Positions 18,607 through 26,995 of a stretch of 32,000 nucleotides of DNA are shown here, one piece after another (the stretch's first letter is position 1; each line of letters starts with the position of its first letter). The DNA comes from an archaeon (GTDB lineage Archaea > Asgardarchaeota > Thorarchaeia > Thorarchaeales > Thorarchaeaceae). Made by a program: the position numbers and the translations under genes. Location of the stretch: the NCBI GenBank assembly GCA_024275415.1, contig JAJRZD010000099.1, positions 1 through 32,000 on the forward strand, written 5' to 3'. The notes beneath the pieces were generated by a model. It was not told where the DNA came from, ran no database searches, and saw only the letters and a list, made by a program, of their open reading frames with translations.

Positions 18607-18641
18607 GGGCCGTAGGCGCTGGTCTACGGTCCCCCTTTTTT
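18607..18641 (+). terminator. Terminator-like stem-loop followed by T6
   Basis: GGGCCGTAGG/TCTACGGTCC 10-bp stem (2 G-U pairs), followed by CCC and TTTTTT (18636-18641). Confidence 0.65.
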
Positions 18642-18823
18642 CTGTTTCAATCTACAACTTATCCGTTCTGCTAATTCAGTACCTCTGGTATCAAATCCCT
18701 AGTAAAATGTGTTTCTGGTTCAACAATGTTACCCGATTTTGCATGAAATGACTGACTCTCCTGATTCTCCCGCGTAATCGTACGTGAAACCATATTTTTG
18801 CATGTGAATTCGCGTGGCAATTT

Positions 18824-18841
18824 GAAAACGTCATCTTATAT
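18824..18841 (+). promoter_or_regulatory. Putative BRE-TATA promoter of the csx1-cmr operon
   Basis: GAAAACGTCATCTTATAT, about 100 nt upstream of csx1 and very similar to the cas6 promoter motif. Confidence 0.55.
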
Positions 18842-18924
18842 ACTCCTATTATTCCATGTACCTTGAGGGTAATACATAACCCCAGCTTGGCATTAAGACG
18901 GCTGGGGGGGAGTCCCCTTAAGGA

Positions 18925-20670
18925 GTGAGAAGTTGCCAATTGAAGATTCTCATGACTACAATCGGAAGAATGGATCGATACGAAAGTATCGAGTATTTGA
19001 TGGACGAGGAAGGAACCAATTCATGGAAAGGAAAAGTAGCTGGTATAGCAGCCTGCAAAATCATTGGCGGGTTTGATAAGATATTGGTCTTCTACACATC
19101 TGAAACGGAACAATGGATTGAAGAATACCGCAAGATTTGTCTGGATAATGAATTGCCAAATCCTGTCTTCAAGAAGATCCCTTCCGGAAATGATTCTCGA
19201 GAACAAATGCAAGTCGTAGATACTGTCATCGATTCTGTCCTTGAGATAACACACGGTGTGGAATCAGCATTCCTAACAATCGATATTACTCCCGGATACC
19301 GCCTCTTGCCGTTACTCTACTTTGCAGGGGTCAGTTTTCTCACCAGTTTTCACAAATCGACTCTCGAAAAAGTAATCTATTCAGAGGTAAACCGAAAGGA
19401 GAAGACGGGAACAATCCGAGATGTCACTTCCTCCTTTGAAGTGATTGAGTGGTATCATGCAGCTCTTACCTTTGCAAAGACTGACAATGTCGAAGGTCTT
19501 CTTGCACTAGTAGAACGTCGAAGGGACGAGCTTCGATTGGCCGGAGAGGATTTCAAGGACATTGACAATATACGAAAGGGACTGTGTGGACTTTCTGGAT
19601 ATTCAACAGCAGCTTTGCCACTTGAACTTGGTATCAGATCCTACTCGGTCAAAAAATTGCTGGATAGTGTCAAAGAATCTCCCTCGTCGTTGCCACTGTT
19701 CAAGCATCTTTTTGATGCAGTTCGTGAAATTGTAAACAATTGCACCATTGATTTTGCAACAAAAAAAGTTTCCATTCCGCTAACATTAGATGAGATAAAG
19801 CGACAGAAATACATTATTCAACGAGCACTCGATCATGGCCATATCACCAATGCTCTAACAATGTTACGTGAAACCTTTCTGAATGCGGCATTACTCGAGT
19901 TTAATCCCGCAAATTGGCTCTCCCGACAGTCGTTTCGGCAGGTCGTGACACAGAGATTAGGTGCTCTTGCAAGGAGAAGTACTGACTCGTATTTGGCAAA
20001 GAACCTATCAATGCAGGAGATACAAATTGGAAAGCTTTGGGATCAACTCACGCAAGCCAGAAACAAGGTGGCGCACTGCGGGTATTCCAATGATACCATC
20101 GACATAAATGACCTTAATTCTAAGGCGTTTGAAATACTTCAAGGTCTCGAGAAACTTGACTTCTCCAACATATGGATTTCTCAGGATAGTGGGTGCAAGT
20201 TACTTGTCAGTCCTTTGGGACGGTCGAAAGGAGCACTATTCTCTGCACTAAGACACATCTCTCCTGATAGCGTACTTGTCCTGACTTCTCGGGAAACTTC
20301 ACCAACATTGAAGGAGGTCTTGAGGAATGCAGGTTTTCCGTTTGAGAAATCCAAGAGGGAAGAGCTTGACAATCCTTACACAGGATTTGATGAACGGCAA
20401 ACAATCTCCACTAAATGGAGGGAGTTTCTTTCGGCACACCAGGAAGTCTTCGTGAATGTGGTAGGTGGAACTACCTTGATGGGCGAGATAGCGCGTACCA
20501 TAGGACGAGAAGCCATTGGACTTGGGATTCCTACTACTGTCTTTGCCTGTGTTGATTCTAGGGATTACGAGAGCCAACAAAGAGAACCCTATGTTGTGGG
20601 AGAGTATGTAGAGATTGAAAGATGGCCAGACTCGATAGGAGCTGAGGAAGATGAAGAAAACCACGATTGA
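18925..20670 (+). CDS. csx1: Csx1-like (TIGR02221/TM1812-type) CARF-HEPN RNase with an extra C-terminal CARF-like domain
   Basis: KILMTTIG, IDITPGYRLLPL (DxTHG-like), LPLELG, HEPN RNKVAH (20059-20076), then a second Rossmann-like domain LLVSPLGRSKGALFSAL...NVVGGT. The real start may be TTG 18940. Confidence 0.88.
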   Translation: MRSCQLKILMTTIGRMDRYESIEYLMDEEGTNSWKGKVAGIAACKIIGGFDKILVFYTSETEQWIEEYRKICLDNELPNPVFKKIPSGNDSREQMQVVDTVIDSVLEITHGVESAFLTIDITPGYRLLPLLYFAGVSFLTSFHKSTLEKVIYSEVNRKEKTGTIRDVTSSFEVIEWYHAALTFAKTDNVEGLLALVERRRDELRLAGEDFKDIDNIRKGLCGLSGYSTAALPLELGIRSYSVKKLLDSVKESPSSLPLFKHLFDAVREIVNNCTIDFATKKVSIPLTLDEIKRQKYIIQRALDHGHITNALTMLRETFLNAALLEFNPANWLSRQSFRQVVTQRLGALARRSTDSYLAKNLSMQEIQIGKLWDQLTQARNKVAHCGYSNDTIDINDLNSKAFEILQGLEKLDFSNIWISQDSGCKLLVSPLGRSKGALFSALRHISPDSVLVLTSRETSPTLKEVLRNAGFPFEKSKREELDNPYTGFDERQTISTKWREFLSAHQEVFVNVVGGTTLMGEIARTIGREAIGLGIPTTVFACVDSRDYESQQREPYVVGEYVEIERWPDSIGAEEDEENHD

Positions 20671-21742
20671 ACTTGAACTGATAACACCAGCCTACCTAGG
20701 TAATGCAACAAGTGCACCTGAAATCAGGCTTCCATCAATCAAAGGGCTGCTGAGGTTTTGGTACAGGGCAATTGATCCTGACTACAGGAAACACGAAGCA
20801 ACAATTTTTGGTAGTGCATCAGACAAACGAGTTTCACCAATCGTGCTTCGTTTTAGAAAGAAGTATCCACAATTCAGGAAATGTCATCTCCTCATATCCC
20901 CATCAAATGAGAGAACCGAGTCGTGTATTCAAGGCATTAAGGATGTTGATGAATTCAGGAAACGCTACCAAGGTCTTAGTTACCTAGCTTTCCCAATGGG
21001 CCTGAAGGATGGAATTCGGAATGCACTTTCTGCCAATCAAAGATTTACCATTGATTGTATCGATTTAAGAGACAATCTACCAGCAAGGAGTATCCGCAGA
21101 TATGCAATGGCTTGGTGGGCATTTGTGATAATTGGAGGGGTTGGAAGCAGATCCAGACGAGGGTTTGGCTCTCTTTCAGTTGCTTCAATTCATAGTGGTG
21201 AGAAACCATTCGTTCTTTTGCGTCAGTATCCAAATATAACCAAACTCAAAAACTGGTGGAATCTTTTCGAAAGAGGAATGAATCTCATAAATAAATGGTT
21301 CAAGACCAATCATAAGAATGACCATTTTCACATTGGTTCCGGAACCCGATTCCTGCTATTCGGATCTAATAATTCCAGTGGGAATGGATTCCACACTTGG
21401 TTTGATGCGCTCAACTCTTTTGGTACTAAATTCATGCAGTTCAGAAAAAATCTCTCTGAGGAAGCAAAGATGGCTTTAGGACTTCCGATTACCGGACAAA
21501 AACAGGAAAACATTGCAAAAGGATCTGGACGGGGTGCTTCTCCACTTATGGCAAGAGTTGTACGGATTGGCAACCGATTCTTTGTCCTTGTCACTATAAC
21601 AAAAAGTCCCGTATGTCCTAAAAACACCTCACTGATAAAGGGAACGAAAGGGTCTCCTCTAAAAGAACCCGACTATAGGATTCTTGATACCATCTGGATG
21701 GAATGGAAAGATAATGCCATACATTCTCTGGAGGTGAAATAA
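20651..21742 (+). CDS. cmr1: Type III-B RAMP protein Cmr1
   Basis: ITPAYLG, IRLPSIKGLLRFWYRAI, IFGS, GGVGSRSRRGFGS. Confidence 0.93.
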   Translation: MKKTTIELELITPAYLGNATSAPEIRLPSIKGLLRFWYRAIDPDYRKHEATIFGSASDKRVSPIVLRFRKKYPQFRKCHLLISPSNERTESCIQGIKDVDEFRKRYQGLSYLAFPMGLKDGIRNALSANQRFTIDCIDLRDNLPARSIRRYAMAWWAFVIIGGVGSRSRRGFGSLSVASIHSGEKPFVLLRQYPNITKLKNWWNLFERGMNLINKWFKTNHKNDHFHIGSGTRFLLFGSNNSSGNGFHTWFDALNSFGTKFMQFRKNLSEEAKMALGLPITGQKQENIAKGSGRGASPLMARVVRIGNRFFVLVTITKSPVCPKNTSLIKGTKGSPLKEPDYRILDTIWMEWKDNAIHSLEVK

Positions 21743-23643
21743 TGGCAGGAATTCACATCTCATTCGGTCCTGTACAGGCTTTCATCACACAGGCCCGAAA
21801 GACACAAGACCTCTGGGCTGGATCGTACCTGTTGGCATCCCTTGCACGAGCTGCTGTTCACGAGGTTCTAAAGAATCATCCTTCGGTCACAGTGATTAGG
21901 CCATCACTACAGGATTCTGAAACAAAAAAGAACCTTGCCAAGTCTTACCGGGTCAATGCTTTTCCAGAGAAACGGATTGGAACGTTCCCAAATCTATTGG
22001 AGTTCGAGTCCGATTCTGATGAGGAGCATATTGCCGAACTTGCAGTTAATGGTTGGTTTGCACTCTGGGAAACTATCACTCAGGAAGCCAAGGAAAAAAT
22101 ACGTCAAAAAGTCAAACACAGCAAGCAACAATTCGAGCACATCTGGAATCGACAGGTCACAACAATCTGGGAGTATTATTGGGCGATTGGTGAGTACCGC
22201 AATCTCATGCGACGAAAGTCAATTCGTACTCTCACAAGACCTCCAGAAGAAGGCTCCAAGTGTACAATGTGTGGCGAGCGGGAAGTATTACATGATGGAG
22301 CCTCTCGCCTGTCCGATATCAGATCCTTCTGGAAAGGGGTTGGTGCAATCGACTCGTTTCGAGTGAAGAAAGATGGGTCTGAGCGACTCTGTGCGATTTG
22401 CCTTATCAAACGGCTAGTTCCTGATATACTACCAAAGGTCATTGGGAGTGAAAGAGTACATTATCCCTCAACCACAAGTTTCGCTCTACTACCATGGAGA
22501 CTCGCCTGTCTGGAATCTCAGGATTCTAGGGTTCTCGGAGCTGTAGACAAATACATTGAAACGTTACAGGAGTATGATGTGTCTTTCAGAAGACGGCCAT
22601 GGAAAAACAAGTTATTTGCTGATAACGAACGTGCAAAGATATTGTACGTTGATGGTGACTATTTCTATCCCTCTTCGATTGAAGAAGGAAATATTGACAT
22701 TAAGGGAGATCACAAAAAGATGCTTGCCTCTCTCAACTCTCTGAGAGACGCAGCCAAAAATTCAGGCATTCCCGATTATACCCCCTATTATGCTATACTT
22801 GCCATGGATGGCGACAGTATGGGAACAATGTTGTCTGAGAACAAGGACAAGAAATCATTGATAAGTGAGAGAATGGGCGTCTTTGCAAGGGATGTCTGCC
22901 GAATTGTCGAGAACAGATGGGGGCGCGTGATTTATGCTGGTGGTGATGATGTCCTCGCTCTATTACCTGTTCACACCGTTCTTGATACAGCATATGAACT
23001 TCGGAAGAAATTCACGACAGAGATGGCAATCGAAGGGCTTCAAATAGATGGCAAAGAATCGAGGCTCACAGTAAGTGCAGGCATCCTTATTGCTCATCTC
23101 TCCGCGCATTTATCCGCTGTGATTTCGAGAGCCCATTTCCTTCTCGAGTCTATTGCAAAAGGACATAGTGTTCCAGAAAACGTATTGATTGGGAATGCAC
23201 CTCCCCTTAATGACGCATTCGCAATCGAAACATGGGACAGAGGAGGTTCGAGTCTTCGCCTTGTCAAGAAGTGGGAGAGCATCGAAGGAAACACGTCCTA
23301 TAATTGGATAGACCTGTTGCAGACATTGGTTTCCCGCGTATCAAAGTCATCTCAACTTCCTCTGACATCCAGTTTTCTGTATTCAATTGCGAGTCTTCTT
23401 CGCCGCATTGAATGGAGCGAATCTGAAATCGAGCCCCTTGAGAATCTCTTCCTAGTGGATTATCTACAAAGTAGAGATGAACGGATCTCAAAAATCAGGA
23501 AGGATCCGGATAAGATCGATGAAGCACAGTCACTCATGAGGGAACTGGTTCGGATGTCAATTCATCGAGATTCGCAAAAGGTGATGTTCAAACCTGACCA
23601 CATTGAGATGATACAATTCCTATCTAGAGGAGGTACCGTATAG
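21742..23643 (+). CDS. cas10: Cas10/Cmr2, HD-less, with intact Palm cyclase motifs
   Basis: Starts directly at SFGPVQAFITQARKTQDLWAGSYLL. Zn-finger CTMC...CAIC, MDGDSMG, YAGGDD (22933-22950). 633 aa. Confidence 0.96.
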   Translation: MAGIHISFGPVQAFITQARKTQDLWAGSYLLASLARAAVHEVLKNHPSVTVIRPSLQDSETKKNLAKSYRVNAFPEKRIGTFPNLLEFESDSDEEHIAELAVNGWFALWETITQEAKEKIRQKVKHSKQQFEHIWNRQVTTIWEYYWAIGEYRNLMRRKSIRTLTRPPEEGSKCTMCGEREVLHDGASRLSDIRSFWKGVGAIDSFRVKKDGSERLCAICLIKRLVPDILPKVIGSERVHYPSTTSFALLPWRLACLESQDSRVLGAVDKYIETLQEYDVSFRRRPWKNKLFADNERAKILYVDGDYFYPSSIEEGNIDIKGDHKKMLASLNSLRDAAKNSGIPDYTPYYAILAMDGDSMGTMLSENKDKKSLISERMGVFARDVCRIVENRWGRVIYAGGDDVLALLPVHTVLDTAYELRKKFTTEMAIEGLQIDGKESRLTVSAGILIAHLSAHLSAVISRAHFLLESIAKGHSVPENVLIGNAPPLNDAFAIETWDRGGSSLRLVKKWESIEGNTSYNWIDLLQTLVSRVSKSSQLPLTSSFLYSIASLLRRIEWSESEIEPLENLFLVDYLQSRDERISKIRKDPDKIDEAQSLMRELVRMSIHRDSQKVMFKPDHIEMIQFLSRGGTV

Positions 23644-24831
23644 ATGTCGTTTTCGATAATTGCACAGCCGCTCGACACGCTATTTTTTAGAGGTGGAATT
23701 CCATTCCATGCTGGAGAGAGTTCTCATGTCACATCAATCTTCCCCCCTAACCCGAATACAGGTTATGGATTCTCGCGAGCAGTTCTTCTAGAGCTTTTCT
23801 GTAAAAAGTTAGGTGTCTATATCAAGAAGGGCTGTAACGGCTGTCCGCACATGGATAGCTGTCATATCTCAGCTGCAGTAGGCGACCCTTCCAAGCGTGA
23901 CGGTTCTCTTAGGGTCAAAGGCCCGTATATCCACATCACTGAACGGTTTTTCGCATTACCTTGTGATGTGACATGGACTAAAAGCAATGACACTTCACAA
24001 GAGATACGTCCCGCCATACTTCCTGACGATGCTGTCCCTACTGATCTCGGATATGTACGATTTCCGATCCCACGAAAAGAATTCGGTTTCCCAAAGGGAA
24101 CTGGTGACTATTTACTTTCAGAATCGGATCTTGTTTCATACCTTCGTGATGAGAGTATCGCTCATTCAAAGCTACGTGTGCAGTCTGGCGAGAATGGGCT
24201 TGAGCCAATACTTTCCACTGAACGCCATATTGGAATAGCATTGGAACGGACATCGCGAACAGCAAAGGACGAACATCTTTACAGCATTGAAACAATTCGA
24301 GTACACGATGGAGTCACTCTTTGGACAGGAATCGAAGGACTCCCTCCCGATCTTCACCTACCAAAGGACCGCATTGTAGCACGGCTGGGCGGAGAAGGGA
24401 AACGTGTTGCAGTAGAACTGACAGGTAGCACCAAACTACCCGATCCAAATATCACGCACATCATTTCTGAAAGTGGCAGGTTCAAGATACTCCTCCTGCA
24501 ACATACAGATTTTGGAGGAAGTTGGATACCTCCAGGGTTCAAGCAGTCTGAACGCGATGGCAAGGTCGTATGGACTGGAGTCTTGAACAAAGTCGAAATG
24601 ACACTAGTATCAGCAAAATTCTCAAAGCCGATATACATTGGCGGGTGGGATACTGCTAAGAATAGACCACGTCCTCTAGAGCCTCATCTTCCGGCAGGCA
24701 GTGTCTTGTACATGGAGGTCGGCAACAATGTGGCTGAAGAGGTCGTATCTGCTATTCATGACAATCACATTGGCCTGAAGACCGAATTTGGCTTCGGACA
24801 TTCAGCAATTGGAGTGTGGAGTAATGAGTAA
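23644..24831 (+). CDS. cmr3: Type III-B Cmr3
   Basis: QPLDTLFFRGGIPF, FPPNPNT, RHIGIALE, LGGEGK, IGGWD, GFG near the C-terminus. Confidence 0.93.
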   Translation: MSFSIIAQPLDTLFFRGGIPFHAGESSHVTSIFPPNPNTGYGFSRAVLLELFCKKLGVYIKKGCNGCPHMDSCHISAAVGDPSKRDGSLRVKGPYIHITERFFALPCDVTWTKSNDTSQEIRPAILPDDAVPTDLGYVRFPIPRKEFGFPKGTGDYLLSESDLVSYLRDESIAHSKLRVQSGENGLEPILSTERHIGIALERTSRTAKDEHLYSIETIRVHDGVTLWTGIEGLPPDLHLPKDRIVARLGGEGKRVAVELTGSTKLPDPNITHIISESGRFKILLLQHTDFGGSWIPPGFKQSERDGKVVWTGVLNKVEMTLVSAKFSKPIYIGGWDTAKNRPRPLEPHLPAGSVLYMEVGNNVAEEVVSAIHDNHIGLKTEFGFGHSAIGVWSNE

Positions 24832-25717
24832 GAATGCAATACTAACACTGGTAACTGAAACCCCTCTGCATCCTGGTATCGGTCAAAATGTAGGTGTAAT
24901 TGACCTTCCAGTGCGGAGAGAACGACATACGCGATTTCCATATGTGCCTTCGTCAAGTCTGAAAGGGTCATTACGAAGTGCTATGGAAATCGATGACGAA
25001 ATGAAGAACGCTCTGTTCGGATCCGAGTTGGGTAGTAGCTCCCAACATGCAGGAGCGATGAGCTTTTCGGACACCCGAATACTCGCTTTTCCGGTACGGA
25101 CTTTGAACGGGATCTTCGCGTGGGTGACCTCTCCTATAATCATTGATCGCCTAAGACGGGACTTGGATTTACTTGGTCTTGAATTTGCTGTAGACATACC
25201 TGCAAGGATAGATTCCTCAAAAATCCTTAGCACATCCACATACAAAGGTCCAACTAGAATTGTGATTGAAGACCTGATGCTCGAAGTTACCAAGAACCCC
25301 GAAGTAGACCGACTTGCAAATGTGTTTGCATCTATATGTCTCGGACGGAACTCTCACAAGGTTCTCCGAACCAAATTACAACAGGATCTCTTTGTCTTGA
25401 GTGAGCCACATTTCCAGCATTTGGTTGAATTTGGGACAGAAGTACTTGCAAGGAATCAATTGGATTTAGATACGAAGACGAGCAACAATCTTTGGTCAAT
25501 CGAGCTAATCCCACGAGATACATTATTCTATAGCATCTTGATTGCGGAGGACAGTCGAAGTGGACAAGGTCAGACCGCAGAGATACTACTTCAAGAACTG
25601 ACATCAAAGCTGTCTGGCAAACATGTTCAATTAGGTGGGAATGAAACCCTTGGTCATGGATGGTGTGCAAGCACTATCCTCACAATCGATAGTCTAAAAG
25701 GGATATTAGATGCCTGA
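24824..25717 (+). CDS. cmr4: Type III-B backbone nuclease Cmr4
   Basis: ETPLHPGIG, IDLPVRRERHTRFPYVPSSSLKG (catalytic Asp present), QLGGNETLGHG. Start placed at ATG 24824, overlapping the cmr3 stop. Confidence 0.96.
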   Translation: MSKNAILTLVTETPLHPGIGQNVGVIDLPVRRERHTRFPYVPSSSLKGSLRSAMEIDDEMKNALFGSELGSSSQHAGAMSFSDTRILAFPVRTLNGIFAWVTSPIIIDRLRRDLDLLGLEFAVDIPARIDSSKILSTSTYKGPTRIVIEDLMLEVTKNPEVDRLANVFASICLGRNSHKVLRTKLQQDLFVLSEPHFQHLVEFGTEVLARNQLDLDTKTSNNLWSIELIPRDTLFYSILIAEDSRSGQGQTAEILLQELTSKLSGKHVQLGGNETLGHGWCASTILTIDSLKGILDA

Positions 25718-25729
25718 GGAGGGACTCAT

Positions 25730-26140
25730 GTGACAGCATCAAAAGAACGGTCGTTGGAGCAGAAAGAGGCGCTTTTTGCACTTCAGTGTGTTGGACGAAT
25801 CCGATCAAAGAACAACAAGGAACTTGAGAGCAACTATTTCATTCAGATCAAACGTTTCCCTGCGATGGTCTTGACAAATGGACTTGGGCAGTCGCTGGCG
25901 TTCCTCCTCGCACGAACCGATAAGAACTCCTCCGAGTCATCTGGTCATAAGGCTCTGTATAATGATATCGCAAAATGGCTTGTAGCAAATGACATCTATC
26001 CAAAGGAGGGTACCATCATTGAGCAACTTATGAAGAATGATATGAACAAGTATATGCAAGCTGAGCAATTCACCTTGCGTTTCTTATCTTGGCTGGTTCG
26101 ATTCGCTAAAGCATACCTGTCGTCTGATAAGGAGGGATAA
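25730..26140 (+). CDS. cmr5: Type III-B small subunit Cmr5
   Basis: RSLEQKEALFA, FPAMVLTNGLGQSLAFLL, FLSWLVRFAKA. Confidence 0.94.
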   Translation: MTASKERSLEQKEALFALQCVGRIRSKNNKELESNYFIQIKRFPAMVLTNGLGQSLAFLLARTDKNSSESSGHKALYNDIAKWLVANDIYPKEGTIIEQLMKNDMNKYMQAEQFTLRFLSWLVRFAKAYLSSDKEG

Positions 26141-26142
26141 CC

Positions 26143-26928
26143 TTGCGATTGCCTTTCTATGATCATGTAACGATGGAAAAACATCTAGTGGAAGCAATAA
26201 AACAACGACCTTATGGGGTCAATATCGGACTCGTCTTTGAGAAGTATGCGAAGTTTTGGAAAGGAAAAGATATCGATATCTCCATTGATGACGAGTTGCG
26301 GAAACAATTCTACGAAGACCTCATTAAACTAATGAAGCAGGCAGATCGTGCAGCAAAATTCATACGAGAATACAACACACGTCTGGACAAGATCGTTGAA
26401 TCTAGAGGTGGCAGGGCCATCAAATTGGATACCAATTGGAGGTTCATCACCGGATTAGGAGGACCACATCCCTCTGAAACAGGATTCAGATGGGATCGCA
26501 ACTTAGGTATGCCCTACTTGTCAGGTTCTTCAATAAAAGGTGCATTGAGAGCGTGGATGACAATCACAGGAAAGGAAACTGCCGAGATTGATTCATTGTT
26601 AGGCTCGACAGACATGAGCGGCTCTGTTGTATTTTTCGATGCCATTCCGAATGCAAAACCCTCCATTGAGATGGACATCCTCAATCCCCACTACTCTGAC
26701 TATTACATGGATCCCCATAAGAAAAAGCCTCCTGCTGATTACTATAGTCCGGTTCCTGTCTTCTTCCTGACCGTAGCACCGGGCACGCAATTTATCTTTC
26801 GTTTAATTGCAACAGACAAGTCAGTTGATCTTGGTAAGGTAGAGGAATACCTGAAATCTACAGCCAATGACATGGGATTTGGTGCAAAGACTGCTGTAGG
26901 ATATGGACAGTTCATAGAACCAACATAG
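26143..26928 (+). CDS. cmr6: Type III-B Cmr6
   Basis: RFITGLG, PYLSGSSIKGALR, VFFDAIP, DILNPHY, PVPVFFLTV, GFGAKTAVGYG. Confidence 0.95.
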   Translation: MRLPFYDHVTMEKHLVEAIKQRPYGVNIGLVFEKYAKFWKGKDIDISIDDELRKQFYEDLIKLMKQADRAAKFIREYNTRLDKIVESRGGRAIKLDTNWRFITGLGGPHPSETGFRWDRNLGMPYLSGSSIKGALRAWMTITGKETAEIDSLLGSTDMSGSVVFFDAIPNAKPSIEMDILNPHYSDYYMDPHKKKPPADYYSPVPVFFLTVAPGTQFIFRLIATDKSVDLGKVEEYLKSTANDMGFGAKTAVGYGQFIEPT

Positions 26929-26995
26929 ATGAAGTTCATTGAAACTTCACAGGTTCTAAAATGAAGGCAGCATCTCTGGATAATCTGCTTTCGTT

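Noticed and set aside
18644-18724. Two repeat-looking strings (GTTTCAATCTACAAC...CAGTAC and GTATCAAATCCCTAG...GGTTCAAC) upstream of csx1
   Set aside because: They resemble the ends of CRISPR repeats but differ from each other internally and are only 5 nt apart, so there is no repeat-spacer periodicity.
16077-26950. ACTTCAC direct repeat at both edges of the regulator+cmr block as an att/TSD
   Set aside because: A 7-mer match between two ~70-bp gaps is easily chance, and no integrase or transposase is present.
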